DNA of 64,000 nt from a bacterium (GTDB lineage: Bacteria; Patescibacteriota; Minisyncoccia; Phycocordibacterales; Phycocordibacteraceae): positions 1,266 through 65,265 of the forward strand of contig JAHFML010000002.1 in the NCBI GenBank assembly GCA_023269085.1, in the 5' to 3' direction. The notes beneath the pieces were generated by a model, which was given only the letters and a program-made list of their open reading frames with translations, did no database searches and had not been told where the DNA came from. Below, in pieces: positions 1 through 9,571 of this stretch; position 1 is the stretch's first letter, and every line of letters begins with the position of its first letter. Position numbers and translations under genes: made by a program.

Positions 1-1684
1 GGGCCTCACGCCCGAGCTCTTGCCGATGATTATTACCTTGAATCTCACCAAGGGCTCGCTCGCGATGGCGAAGCGCGGCGTGATCGTGAAGCGACTCTCG
101 GCTATCCAGAACTTCGGTTCGATCGACATCCTCGCGACTGACAAGACGGGGACGTTGACCGAAGACCGCATCACGCTCGTGCGTACCGTCGACATGAGCG
201 GAAAGGACGACGCCGAGGTTTTCCGGCTCGCCTACCTCACGACCGCCTTCCATTCGCGCCTTGAGACGCCGATCGACGTCGCCATTCGCGAGCATGGGAG
301 CCCGGACATTGCCGCGTATCGCAAGGTCGATGAGATCCCTTTCGACTATGAGCGCAAGCGCGACTCGATGGTGGTCGCGCGCGGCGATGAGCATCTCCTC
401 ATCGCCAAGGGCGCGCCTGAAGAGATCATCCGCGATTGCGCTACTCTCGGAGAGTCGTCGGTGCCTTTTTCTGACGAGATGAAGAGACAGGCGCTCACAG
501 AATACGAGAAGCTTTCGAGCGGCGGCTTCCGCGTCCTCGCGGTCGCGACGAAGGCGGTCGAAGCGAAAGAGCAGTATGAAAAGGATGATGAGCAAGAGCT
601 CGTCTTCGCGGGCTTCGCGGCCTTCCTCGATCCGCCCAAAGCCTCTGCGACCGATGCGCTCGCTCGGATGCGAGCGTACGGCATCGCGGTCAAGATTCTC
701 ACGGGCGACAATGCGGCCGTCACGCTCCGCATCGCGCACGACATTGGCTTGCCCGAGACCGAGGCAGTCGAGGGCGCCGCGCTCGCGGCCATGTCAGACG
801 CAGAAGTAGCGAAGGTGGTCGAGGAGCGCGCGATATTCGTTCGGCTCTTGCCCGAGCAGAAGCGACGCATCATCATGGCTCTCCAAGCGAATGGCCATGT
901 GGTCGGCTACTTGGGCGATGGCGTGAACGATGCGCCCTCGCTTGCCGCGGCCGATGTCGGCATCTCGGTCGAGAACGCGGTCGACGTCGCACGCGCGACC
1001 GCCGACCTCATCCTCCTGCGCAAGTCGCTCGCCGACCTTGTCGAGGGAGTGATCGAGGGCCGCCGCACCTTCGCTAATACGCTCAAATATATGATGATGG
1101 ATTTGAGCTCAAACTTCGGCAACATGTTCTCGATGGCGGCGGCCTCAATCGTACTCCCGTTCCTCCCGATGCGCTCTACCCAGATCTTGCTCGGCAACCT
1201 GCTTTATGATGGTTCGCAAATGGCGCTTCCGTTCGATACGGTCGATGATGAGGACATGATTCGTCCGCGTAAGATCAGCATCCCGTTCTTGCGGCGCTTT
1301 ATGATCTACTTCGGCCTCATATCCTCGGTCTTCGATATCACGACCTTCGTGGTGCTCGCGCTCGTCTTCCATCTCGCCGGCTCCGCCTTCCAGACTGGCT
1401 GGTTCCTCGAATCGATAGCGACACAGACGTTCGTCATCTACATCACCCGCACGCGGAAGATGCCCTTCATCGAGAGCGCACCGGCGAAGATCCTCATCGC
1501 GAGCACGCTCGGCACCGTGCTCGTCGCGTGGGCTATTGTGTGGAGCCCGTGGGCGGCGCTCTTCGCCTTTGTCGCGCCCTCAGCACTGCTCGCGCTCACG
1601 ATACTCGGCATCACCATCGCCTATCTCATGGCCGTCGAGATTGGCCGCCGCCACTTCTATGCTCGTTTGAGCGCGGCCGCGTGA
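1..1684 (+). CDS. mgtA: Mg2+-importing P-type ATPase, C-terminal ~555 aa (5' end lies outside the window)
   Basis: DKTGTLT phosphorylation motif, GDGVNDAPSL hinge motif, C-terminal SIPFLRRFMIYFG...TTF segment typical of MgtA. Confidence 0.8.
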   Translation, partial: GLTPELLPMIITLNLTKGSLAMAKRGVIVKRLSAIQNFGSIDILATDKTGTLTEDRITLVRTVDMSGKDDAEVFRLAYLTTAFHSRLETPIDVAIREHGSPDIAAYRKVDEIPFDYERKRDSMVVARGDEHLLIAKGAPEEIIRDCATLGESSVPFSDEMKRQALTEYEKLSSGGFRVLAVATKAVEAKEQYEKDDEQELVFAGFAAFLDPPKASATDALARMRAYGIAVKILTGDNAAVTLRIAHDIGLPETEAVEGAALAAMSDAEVAKVVEERAIFVRLLPEQKRRIIMALQANGHVVGYLGDGVNDAPSLAAADVGISVENAVDVARATADLILLRKSLADLVEGVIEGRRTFANTLKYMMMDLSSNFGNMFSMAAASIVLPFLPMRSTQILLGNLLYDGSQMALPFDTVDDEDMIRPRKISIPFLRRFMIYFGLISSVFDITTFVVLALVFHLAGSAFQTGWFLESIATQTFVIYITRTRKMPFIESAPAKILIASTLGTVLVAWAIVWSPWAALFAFVAPSALLALTILGITIAYLMAVEIGRRHFYARLSAAA

Positions 1685-1696
1685 TACTATTGAGAC

Positions 1697-2236
1697 ATGA
1701 ATATCCACCCGCTGTTCGTCCATTTCCCGATCGCCTTATTCATCATCTATTCGGTGCTTGAGATCGGGAGCTACTTTTGCAAGCGTCTGCGCAGACAGAG
1801 CTGGCTCGCGCCGGTGAAGCAGTTTCTCGTCCTAGTCGGCTTCTTGGCGATGTTCACCGCGCTCGTGACCGGTGGTATGGCTGAAGATGCGCTCGGTGCC
1901 GGAGACCCGCGCGCGGCCGTCGTGGCCGTGCATGAGCCCTTCGCGCTCCTCACCACGCTCATCTACTTCTTCCTCGCTGGCGCGTACACCGTCCGCATCT
2001 TTGACCAAGAGGGGTGGGCGCTTCGCATCATCGGCAAGAATCGTCTCCTGCATCGTATCTGGCATATGAAGAAAGCGTTTGCGCGAATCATTCTCGACAC
2101 CGTGCTCCGACCGCTTCTCGCGCTCGCGGGTCTCGTCAGTATCACTATCACCGGTGCGCTCGGCGCGGCTATCGTCTATGGCCCAAGCGTCGACCCGATC
2201 GTCTCCTTCATCTATCACCTCTTCTTCGCGCGCTAA
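1697..2236 (+). CDS. integral membrane protein, DUF2231-like (HPLFVHFPIAL N-terminus)
   Basis: ORF track; 4-5 predicted TM helices; immediately follows mgtA. Confidence 0.4.
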   Translation: MNIHPLFVHFPIALFIIYSVLEIGSYFCKRLRRQSWLAPVKQFLVLVGFLAMFTALVTGGMAEDALGAGDPRAAVVAVHEPFALLTTLIYFFLAGAYTVRIFDQEGWALRIIGKNRLLHRIWHMKKAFARIILDTVLRPLLALAGLVSITITGALGAAIVYGPSVDPIVSFIYHLFFAR

Positions 2237-2240
2237 ATAA

Positions 2241-2399
2241 TTAGCGACTCATGTTGAAGGCAATATAAATACCGATAATGCCGCCGACCGCGGCGAGGAT
2301 GACCGAAGAGAAGGAGAACATATCCGCGCCCCACAGGCTCGGCAACATCTCGCCGATAGTCGAGCCCAGCGCCATCCCTCCCCATACTGCTTGCTTCAT
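2241..2399 (-). CDS. small GlsB/YeaQ/YmgE-type membrane protein (52 aa, MKQAVWGGMALGSTIGEMLP...; not in supplied ORF track)
   Basis: Own translation of minus strand: ATG at 2399, stop at 2241; Gly-rich two-TM pattern of this family. Confidence 0.4.
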   Translation of the reverse strand: MKQAVWGGMALGSTIGEMLPSLWGADMFSFSSVILAAVGGIIGIYIAFNMSR

Positions 2400-2417
2400 G
2401 TAATGAGTATAGCAACC

Positions 2418-2879
2418 TTACCGTATCCCGCTATCAAATTGCAGATTCAAACTGGCGCGATTGTTGAGTGTGACCGTGAAGGTGACGGGGCTGAGGCTGG
2501 GGAGTGAGTTATTTGATGCGGCGCCGATCGTGTAGTCGCCCGGAGCAAGCTCATGCGAGAAGTATCCGCTCGTGTCTGTCACTACGACGAGATCACTCAA
2601 GACTCGCGAGACGCTCGATATGACAAGGGTCGTTTGGTAAGGCCGGGGTGCACAAGCCGGGTCAGCGGGGAAGCGTTCGACGGGGCAGACGGGGCCGATA
2701 GTTACCACACCCTCAACCCCCGTGGCAACTTGGCCCGGCCGCGCGACGGGGAGCGTCGTGCTCGCGACCGGCACTACTACGGGCTTAGTCTCGTGAGCGA
2801 GGATAGCCTCGACCAAGGGCGGCACCCAGAGCTTCTCGGTACCTAAGAGCCCGATGCCGATGATAATAAGGATTTTCAT
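2418..2879 (-). CDS. secreted protein with signal peptide and beta-sandwich (carboxypeptidase-regulatory-like) domain
   Basis: N-terminal hydrophobic signal MKILIIIGIGLLG; ORF track. Confidence 0.4.
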   Translation of the reverse strand: MKILIIIGIGLLGTEKLWVPPLVEAILAHETKPVVVPVASTTLPVARPGQVATGVEGVVTIGPVCPVERFPADPACAPRPYQTTLVISSVSRVLSDLVVVTDTSGYFSHELAPGDYTIGAASNNSLPSLSPVTFTVTLNNRASLNLQFDSGIR

Positions 2880-2889
2880 CTAAGGGTAC

Positions 2890-3309
2890 CTAATCGGGTT
2901 GAATAAAGCGGCCCAAATCGCCGTTCAGGATAACTGGATCGAACCCGAGGATCTCGTCGTGAAGAATACCTTCGGGAACCGCGTGGTACAGAAATATCTT
3001 CTTGCCGAGCCTAAAGGCGTCGTACATCTCGAGGAATGTCCCGCCCCCTATATAATTCTTGATCCCGTTCTTCTCAAAATTCAAAACGAACACGGCGTCG
3101 ATCTTTTCGATGACTTCGGCGCTTTGACGGAACATCTGAGCCTTCCATGCGGCATGCACGGCGGCTCCTTGAGCACGATGCTGTTCTTCTCGAGAAGGGT
3201 CGTCATATGAATTGGGGAGGGTTATATGGTGATCGGCCTCTTCAAGCGCCTGCTTGATAGGCGGGATCTGATCATAGAAATGCTTACTGCAAATGAGGAA
3301 TATCTTCAT
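2890..3309 (-). CDS. hypothetical protein (possible nucleoside 2-deoxyribosyltransferase-like fold)
   Basis: ORF track; lower-GC codon usage. Confidence 0.3.
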   Translation of the reverse strand: MKIFLICSKHFYDQIPPIKQALEEADHHITLPNSYDDPSREEQHRAQGAAVHAAWKAQMFRQSAEVIEKIDAVFVLNFEKNGIKNYIGGGTFLEMYDAFRLGKKIFLYHAVPEGILHDEILGFDPVILNGDLGRFIQPD

Positions 3310-3310
3310 T

Positions 3311-3622
3311 CTATTTCACGAATGACGTGCAGAGGAGGAGTGCCGCGAGCAGGAGGACGAAGACCGCGAAGGTCCCGACGGTTTTTATGAGGAAAGAGAG
3401 CGCCTGCGGCTTGCTTCCTTCGAGGAAGAGGGCGAGCGGCTCATACACGAACAAGATGCCCATCACCGCCGTCGAGAGGACGAAGAGGCTCAGCATCGTC
3501 AGTGGCGCGAGCAGGGTGTCGGGTGTGCGTACCGCGATCGAGGAGGTCGTGTTGATGATCAAAATAATCGCGGCGATATATCCGAGCGCCATGAACGCGT
3601 TGAAATGTGGGTTTTTCAGCAT
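3311..3622 (-). CDS. small integral membrane protein
   Basis: Internal start MLKNPHFNAF at 3622; three hydrophobic helices. Confidence 0.35.
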   Translation of the reverse strand: MLKNPHFNAFMALGYIAAIILIINTTSSIAVRTPDTLLAPLTMLSLFVLSTAVMGILFVYEPLALFLEGSKPQALSFLIKTVGTFAVFVLLLAALLLCTSFVK

Positions 3623-3662
3623 GTCTCTAGTATAGCAGGCTACGGACGGGTATACTCTTCTT

Positions 3663-4046
3663 ATGACCGAAGGCGCTCCAAAATTCGAAAACCCTCTCCA
3701 GAGTAAAGAGGCGCTCAAACGGGAGAAGATTGCATTGGCTAAAGAGCTATTTGAAAGCCGAGAGAGCTTCTCTTTCCCCGGCGTTGGTCCAGACTCTTAT
3801 GCAGAATTAAAGGCTGGTGATGGGGAAGATCCTGGTTATACGACCCCTACTGATAAAATCCTGGAACGAATGCAGAACGAGGGGATGAAGATTGTCTTAG
3901 GGAAACATCCGGAAAGTGGAAATATTTTCGTTTTGCCATTCCAAAGTGATGACATTGAGAATGATTCAATTTCCCCGCGACACTTGCTAGTCGAGGGAGT
4001 AGAGGACGAGAAATTAAAAAGGCTTATCGCTTTGAGTAAGAGCTGA
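3663..4046 (+). CDS. hypothetical protein (AT-rich islet)
   Basis: ORF track; GC clearly below flanks. Confidence 0.4.
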   Translation: MTEGAPKFENPLQSKEALKREKIALAKELFESRESFSFPGVGPDSYAELKAGDGEDPGYTTPTDKILERMQNEGMKIVLGKHPESGNIFVLPFQSDDIENDSISPRHLLVEGVEDEKLKRLIALSKS

Positions 4047-4148
4047 TTAGAAATCAAAGCAGAAGCGTCGTGACGGATATAGTAGACGACATAATAGGCT
4101 ATCGCACTCGTCACCCAAGCGATGATTAGACAGTAAGAGCCACCCTCG

Positions 4149-4391
4149 CTACTTAGCACCTCCTGAACTTTCTTTGTATAAAGAAGTCACTATTAATTTA
4201 GCTAGTTTTTGCCTCTCGTCTTTCACATCCATACACCATGCGTGACCTCTTGTTGTAATAATCGCCTCAAGATATTTCTCTAGGTCTCGGCGCGAGTCGA
4301 TGATTGGTTTTGTGCACAAATATCTTTTTGCCTCTTGATAGTCACCAACATTCATTATCTCAATCCTTGATCGCTTCGGTTTATTCGTCAA
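4149..4391 (-). CDS. hypothetical 80-aa protein; 4-nt overlap with the upstream gene suggests an operon
   Basis: ORF track; ATGA overlap with 4388..4819. Confidence 0.4.
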   Translation of the reverse strand: MTNKPKRSRIEIMNVGDYQEAKRYLCTKPIIDSRRDLEKYLEAIITTRGHAWCMDVKDERQKLAKLIVTSLYKESSGGAK

Positions 4392-4819
4392 TGGCTATGC
4401 AGTACAAAATACGGCAGTTTGTCCATCCCCACATACGTAAACATCTCATAGTTTGCACGGCGAGCCGTTTCAGAAAGCTTGTAATTCGAGAGATTCTTCT
4501 TCGGCACAAAGGGATAAAAACGTATCTCTTGTTTCTGGCTCTCTTTTTCCTTCCATTTGAAATTAAGGAAGAGCGGCGGTGTCATGTATCCAGCCTTGAG
4601 AACTTTATTCATGATTTGCCAACCGGCACCGAAAACGACCGCCTTTGGTTTGTTCCGACTGGTCTTCACCTGTGCTCGGAAAGAGCATCCCGTGCACTGC
4701 ACATCAAAGAGGGGGTAATTCGGTGGGAGTATCATGAGGGATTTCCCACAATTCGGGCAAGGGACTAAAGCAACCACTTCGAGTTCTCCCGCATCGCCAA
4801 CTGGATGGTTGTTTGCCAT
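4388..4819 (-). CDS. hypothetical zinc-ribbon protein (CPNCG...CTGC), 143 aa
   Basis: Two Cys pairs spaced like a Zn ribbon; AT-rich; no family confidently recognised. Confidence 0.45.
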   Translation of the reverse strand: MANNHPVGDAGELEVVALVPCPNCGKSLMILPPNYPLFDVQCTGCSFRAQVKTSRNKPKAVVFGAGWQIMNKVLKAGYMTPPLFLNFKWKEKESQKQEIRFYPFVPKKNLSNYKLSETARRANYEMFTYVGMDKLPYFVLHSH

Positions 4820-4936
4820 GCAGGAAGTAGATCATTTATAGATCTCGCGCGCAATGTCCTCGAGCCTTCGTTTTTCTCTCAGTAGCAAAAAGCGGCCATG
4901 TTTCGTAAAAGTTAACAATTTCTAGTAGAGATACTT

Positions 4937-5614
4937 TTATTTTAAATATAAGAGCCGATATCTTTTATCGAGAGGTTGCAGCCTTACTGTCTCTACGATG
5001 TTTCGACGACCAGCATCAAAAGTAAGCCCACGTTGAGTGAGGGTGTCTCTAGCTTGTATTTTGGTTATGATTGGATATCCATTATTCAAATCTAATTCTG
5101 GGAAATCTATCTTCGGATGACCCTTTTCCCATAAGCTAAAGGCTTTTTCTCCTTTATAAACAAACCAAATCTTCGAAAAAGAAGAATCCATGGAAGCAGC
5201 GGATCTTTTTAATAAGTCTATTGTTACTGAATCAAATTCGAAAAAAGGGAACTCTAAAAGATCTGAATGCACAATTAACCACACCTCTTGCGCGCCACTT
5301 CTATCTGTGTACTCCTTAATACGTTTTTGCTTATTTTCTATAGTTTGTCGAAGCCAAATATGAGGTTCATTGGGTATGATTATTTCATAGGCTTTGCCAT
5401 GCTTTAAGCGTTTGATGGTCTTAGACCAAGACATTGCTCGTTCCATACTCAGATGACAGCAGTCTGCAGCTATTTTCTTACCGTCTATAGCGAACACCCA
5501 ATCAGGTTTATCAACAACATCAAGGTCGTCGATTACGCTAAACAAATTTTCTTTCAGAACAGATTTGACGGCATCTATGGCCAGTTGCTCGTTTTTAGTC
5601 CTTGTCTTGCGCAT
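4937..5614 (-). CDS. hypothetical protein 225 aa (AT-rich islet)
   Basis: ORF track. Confidence 0.45.
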   Translation of the reverse strand: MRKTRTKNEQLAIDAVKSVLKENLFSVIDDLDVVDKPDWVFAIDGKKIAADCCHLSMERAMSWSKTIKRLKHGKAYEIIIPNEPHIWLRQTIENKQKRIKEYTDRSGAQEVWLIVHSDLLEFPFFEFDSVTIDLLKRSAASMDSSFSKIWFVYKGEKAFSLWEKGHPKIDFPELDLNNGYPIITKIQARDTLTQRGLTFDAGRRNIVETVRLQPLDKRYRLLYLK

Positions 5615-5707
5615 GTTATTTATTTCTTTTTACGATACAGATCTGTTTTGATCTTGATGCGTAAGTCACATGGAGTAGTCCTATGTAAGCATTTGTTTGC
5701 AATAAAT

Positions 5708-6010
5708 TTACTTCTTATTTTTAAAATTCGACACGTTTTTCATTTCATTTACTTGTTCAATCAAATTATCTGCGAGAGTTTGATGAACTGACTCATAGAA
5801 TTTATCTCCAGGCTTACTTCTGTCTAATTCGTCTGCTTTTATCATAAGCCAATGAAGCCACTCCTTAGGAACCTCAACCATTTTCTGGGAATTTTTCCAG
5901 TCCTGGTAAATTAAAAATATAACACTTACTAATATCAAAATATTTAGAAGATTCATGAGTATATGTATACTACCGCTGAGCAGTATTTCTGTAAACGATT
6001 CAAACGACAT
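5708..6010 (-). CDS. small membrane-anchored hypothetical protein
   Basis: ORF track; one TM helix. Confidence 0.35.
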   Translation of the reverse strand: MSFESFTEILLSGSIHILMNLLNILILVSVIFLIYQDWKNSQKMVEVPKEWLHWLMIKADELDRSKPGDKFYESVHQTLADNLIEQVNEMKNVSNFKNKK

Positions 6011-6031
6011 GTCTCGTGTGGGTAGCCTTAT

Positions 6032-6283
6032 TCAAATTGATTTGCTCGCGACTAAAGCAAACTTCTTCTCTCGCCGCCAGCCCTTAAGCTCGGTCTCGCG
6101 CTGGCGCGCTTCGCGGAGCGTCGAGAAAGTCTCGTGATACAGGAGTGTCACAGGTCGACGGGTTTTAGTATAATGCGCGCCCCATTTTGAATCGTTATGT
6201 TGCTTCATCCTCCTCTCGAGATCATTGGTGCATCCGACATAGAGAGACTGGTCAGCGCATTCGAGGATGTAGGTGAAATACAT
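6032..6283 (-). CDS. GIY-YIG nuclease family protein (83 aa)
   Basis: YILECADQSLYVGCTNDLERRMKQHN matches the GIY-YIG motif block. Confidence 0.8.
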   Translation of the reverse strand: MYFTYILECADQSLYVGCTNDLERRMKQHNDSKWGAHYTKTRRPVTLLYHETFSTLREARQRETELKGWRREKKFALVASKSI

Positions 6284-6413
6284 AGTGGTATCATACCGCC
6301 CTTTCTCGAAGACTCGTCAGGGTCTTCGTCGCATTGAGTTTGAGAGTACAAGCAAATAACCACACGCGTGATTAGCGGGGGCCGAAGGCTCTGAGGAGCG
6401 GAGCGACGAAGAG

Positions 6414-6484
6414 CTGCGGGACAGGGATTCGAACCCCGGTGACAACATTCAGAGTGTTGCATCCTACCACTAGATGATCCCGCA
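6414..6484 (-). tRNA. tRNA-Gln (anticodon CUG)
   Basis: Cloverleaf folded by hand: U1-A72 pair, G73 discriminator (Gln identity elements), anticodon loop CUCUGAA, T-loop GGTTCGAATCC. Confidence 0.85.
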
Positions 6485-6542
6485 ATACAGAGACAATACG
6501 GCATCGAGCGCGATTATTCAATATGCAGTATGGTTAGCCTAT

Positions 6543-7793
6543 ATGAAGCCCGCGGCAGAGAATCAGTATGAGGTCATCGTGGTCGGTGGCGGGGCCTCGG
6601 GGATGATGGCGGCAGGGCGTGCGGCCGCGCGGGGTCAAAGGGTCCTCCTCATCGAGAAGAATGCGCGGCTCGGCGAGAAGCTACGCATCACCGGCGGCGG
6701 GCGCTGTAATATCACGAACGCCGAGGAGGATACGCATCGCCTCCTCGCGCACTATGGCGCGGCGGCGAAGTTCCTCTATTCGGCCTTCGCACAGTTCGGG
6801 ATGCGCGATACCTTCTCATTTTTTGAATCCCGCGGATTGCCGCTCATGGTCGAGGCGGGCCAGCGCGCCTTCCCCGAGAGCGAGAAGGCGAGTGATGTGG
6901 TCGTCGCGCTCGAGCGGTATCTCGCAGAGGGAGCGGTCGAGGTGCGCACGAGCACAACGGTGCAGAAGGTCGTGGCGAATGGCGCTCGGGTCGACGCAGT
7001 CGAGACGAGCGCCGGCGCATTCTCGGCGCAATCTTTTATCTTCGCGACCGGCGGCGTCTCGCACCCCGAGACCGGCTCGACCGGCGACGGCTTCGCGTGG
7101 CTTGGCGAGCTCGGCCACCGGGTGGCATCGCCTTCGCCGACTCTCGTCCCGCTCAAGGTGCAAGAGGCGTGGGCGCACGAGCTCGCGGGCGTCACGCTCG
7201 CGAGCGCGAAGATCACCTTCGCGGTAGATGGCGTGAAGAGGTTCTCGCGCTCGGGGCCGCTCCTCTTCACCCACTTCGGCATCTCGGGGCCGACGGTGCT
7301 CAACAGCGCGGGGAAGGTCGCCGTGTTGCTAGAAGAAGGCATCGTCACGGCACAAGTCGATCTCTTCGCGGGCGTTGACGAGGGCGCGCTCGATCGCCAG
7401 CTGTCTCTGCACTTCATCGCGAACAAGAATAAGTCAGTGAAGAATGCGCTACGAGATTTTATACCACCCGGCATGAGTGACGCACTCGTAGCACTCATCG
7501 CCGACCTCGATGAGGAGACGAAGGTGCACAGCGTGACGAAGGAGAGCCGCCGTGCGCTCGTCGCACTCGCGAAGCGTCTGCCGCTCACTATCACTGGGCT
7601 GATGGGGCTCGACCGCGCGGTCGTCGCCGACGGCGGGCTCCCGCTCACCGAGATCGATCCGCGCACGATGCGAAGCGTGCGCTATGAGAATCTCTTCGTG
7701 ACGGGCGACCTGCTCAACATCGTGCGCCCTTCAGGCGGCTACTCGCTCCAGCTCTGTTGGACGACGGGAATGGTCGCCGGCAGTCACGCGTAG
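6543..7793 (+). CDS. NAD(P)/FAD-dependent oxidoreductase, HI0933/BaiN-like family
   Basis: VIVVGGGASGMMAAGRAA dinucleotide fold, RITGGGRCNITN motif. Confidence 0.75.
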   Translation: MKPAAENQYEVIVVGGGASGMMAAGRAAARGQRVLLIEKNARLGEKLRITGGGRCNITNAEEDTHRLLAHYGAAAKFLYSAFAQFGMRDTFSFFESRGLPLMVEAGQRAFPESEKASDVVVALERYLAEGAVEVRTSTTVQKVVANGARVDAVETSAGAFSAQSFIFATGGVSHPETGSTGDGFAWLGELGHRVASPSPTLVPLKVQEAWAHELAGVTLASAKITFAVDGVKRFSRSGPLLFTHFGISGPTVLNSAGKVAVLLEEGIVTAQVDLFAGVDEGALDRQLSLHFIANKNKSVKNALRDFIPPGMSDALVALIADLDEETKVHSVTKESRRALVALAKRLPLTITGLMGLDRAVVADGGLPLTEIDPRTMRSVRYENLFVTGDLLNIVRPSGGYSLQLCWTTGMVAGSHA

Positions 7794-7818
7794 CTCGCAA
7801 AAATCGAGAAGTGAGGTA

Positions 7819-8439
7819 GTGTGGAGCTATATGGCGCTTGCTATCACCAAGGTTGAATCAGCCGATTTTGTAAAAGGGGTCATCGGGACGGATGACGTCT
7901 TCACTGATGGCGTGCCCGAGATCGCCTTCGTCGGCCGCTCAAATGTCGGCAAGTCGAGCCTCATCAACTCGCTCACTGGCCGTAAAGCTCTGGTCAAAGT
8001 GGGGAACAAACCGGGCAAGACGACGGAGCTCAACTTCTTCTCTATCAACAATAAGAAGTGCTATTTCGTCGACCTGCCGGGTTATGGCTATGCCAAGGCG
8101 ACGCCGAAGCAGAGAGGGAAGATCGAGAAGCTCATCCTCTGGTACCTTATGTACTCGGGTGCACAGCCGCGACGAGTTGTCATTATTCTCGATGTGAAGG
8201 CGGGGCTCACGGACTTTGATCAAGAGATGGTCTGCGTGCTCTGCGAGCAGGGGCATCCGTACACAATCGTCGCGAACAAAGTGGACAAGCTGAATCAGAA
8301 GGAGCTCGCGGCCGCCCTAAAGGGGATACGCGCCGCCGCAGGCGGCGCGGAGGTATTCCCGTATTCGACCATGACCGAGCGCAACAAGGCGGAGCTCTTC
8401 GCTGCGGTCGTCGCCGACGAACATGTATCTGACGAATGA
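7819..8439 (+). CDS. engB: ribosome biogenesis GTP-binding protein EngB/YsxC
   Basis: G1 motif GRSNVGKSSLIN, DLPGYG, NKVDK. Confidence 0.8.
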   Translation: MWSYMALAITKVESADFVKGVIGTDDVFTDGVPEIAFVGRSNVGKSSLINSLTGRKALVKVGNKPGKTTELNFFSINNKKCYFVDLPGYGYAKATPKQRGKIEKLILWYLMYSGAQPRRVVIILDVKAGLTDFDQEMVCVLCEQGHPYTIVANKVDKLNQKELAAALKGIRAAAGGAEVFPYSTMTERNKAELFAAVVADEHVSDE

Positions 8440-9166
8440 GCAGGCGAAGGCGAAGGTGCTCGCCCTGAAGTATGACGGCGCCCCGAGCGATGCCTATGCG
8501 GCCGACTGCGCGCGCATCGACGCGAGCGAGCCGTGGGAGTATGTGCTGGGGGCAGCCGACTTCCTCGACTGCACGATTGATCTCTCGGCACGGCCGATGG
8601 TCCCGCGCGATGAGACGGCGCATTGGGTCGCGCGCGTGATTGAAGAATGGAAGCATGAGCCTGCAGTGCAGGCACTCGACCTCTATGCCGGCTCGGGCAA
8701 TATCGGCATCGCGCTCGCCAAGCACCTGCCCACCGCAAACGTCACCTTCAACGAGCTGGATGAAAAATTGTTGCCACAAATAGCGAAGTCGCTTGAGCTA
8801 AACAGCATCGACGCGTCGCGCACGACCCTCATCGCGGGCGACAGTTTAGAAAAAATAGAAGGGAAGTTCGACCTCATCTGCGCGAACCCGCCGTATGTCG
8901 ACCCCGCGAGCGAGAACGAGATGGACCCCGAGATGCGGTATGAGCCGCACATCGCCTTCTTCGGTTCTCTTGACGGCATGGGGCATCACCGCGAGCTCAT
9001 ACGGGAAGGGAAAAGATATCTCACGCCACGCGGCGTGCTCTATGGCGAGTTCGACATGACGCAAGCAGATGAGATTAAAAAATTGCTCGCCGCGAGCGAT
9101 TGGCACTATGAGATATGGGACGACCCCTACGGCCACCCAGGGGTCATGGTGCTTCATGCAAGTTGA
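8423..9166 (+). CDS. prmC: release factor glutamine N5-methyltransferase
   Basis: NPPY catalytic motif, SAM-binding LDLYAGSGNIG. Confidence 0.8.
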   Translation: MYLTNEQAKAKVLALKYDGAPSDAYAADCARIDASEPWEYVLGAADFLDCTIDLSARPMVPRDETAHWVARVIEEWKHEPAVQALDLYAGSGNIGIALAKHLPTANVTFNELDEKLLPQIAKSLELNSIDASRTTLIAGDSLEKIEGKFDLICANPPYVDPASENEMDPEMRYEPHIAFFGSLDGMGHHRELIREGKRYLTPRGVLYGEFDMTQADEIKKLLAASDWHYEIWDDPYGHPGVMVLHAS

Positions 9167-9190
9167 GTAAGGTTCGACCTTACTCACTTG
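9159..9190. repeat. palindromic element family 2 copy (caagttGAGTAAGGTTCGACCTTACTCacttg) overlapping the prmC stop codon
   Basis: Near-perfect 32-nt palindrome; same core as copies at 46146, 46609 and 46874. Confidence 0.7.
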
Positions 9191-9260
9191 AGTGATGGTC
9201 TTGCGCGCGTCATAAAAAGATTGACCCCACGCAAGCGTGGAGTCGGGCGGCGATGGGCGG

Positions 9261-9494
9261 TCAAATGAGCTTAAGCTCGTTCTCGTAGTACACGTGAGAT
9301 GAGCCATTCGGAAAGGTTACTTTGCAAGACATGTAGCCTTCGTAGTAACCGAATCCGTTTCGGGTGACGCTACTTACCGTGCCCGTCTTGTTCGGAGAGT
9401 CCAAGACTTGCACCTTGTCGCCTGATTTAAGGCGGCTACTGAATTCCTTTTCGAGCCACTTCATAACCGCCTTCAAAAAACTTTTGATGTCCAT
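9261..9494 (-). CDS. hypothetical small protein (77 aa)
   Basis: ORF track; lower GC. Confidence 0.35.
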   Translation of the reverse strand: MDIKSFLKAVMKWLEKEFSSRLKSGDKVQVLDSPNKTGTVSSVTRNGFGYYEGYMSCKVTFPNGSSHVYYENELKLI

Positions 9495-9571
9495 GGCGCA
9501 CCTCTATAGGTTGGTTGAACTACGGAACTTCCTGCAAAGCACCATATCACATCTATTTTGTAAGTACAGCA

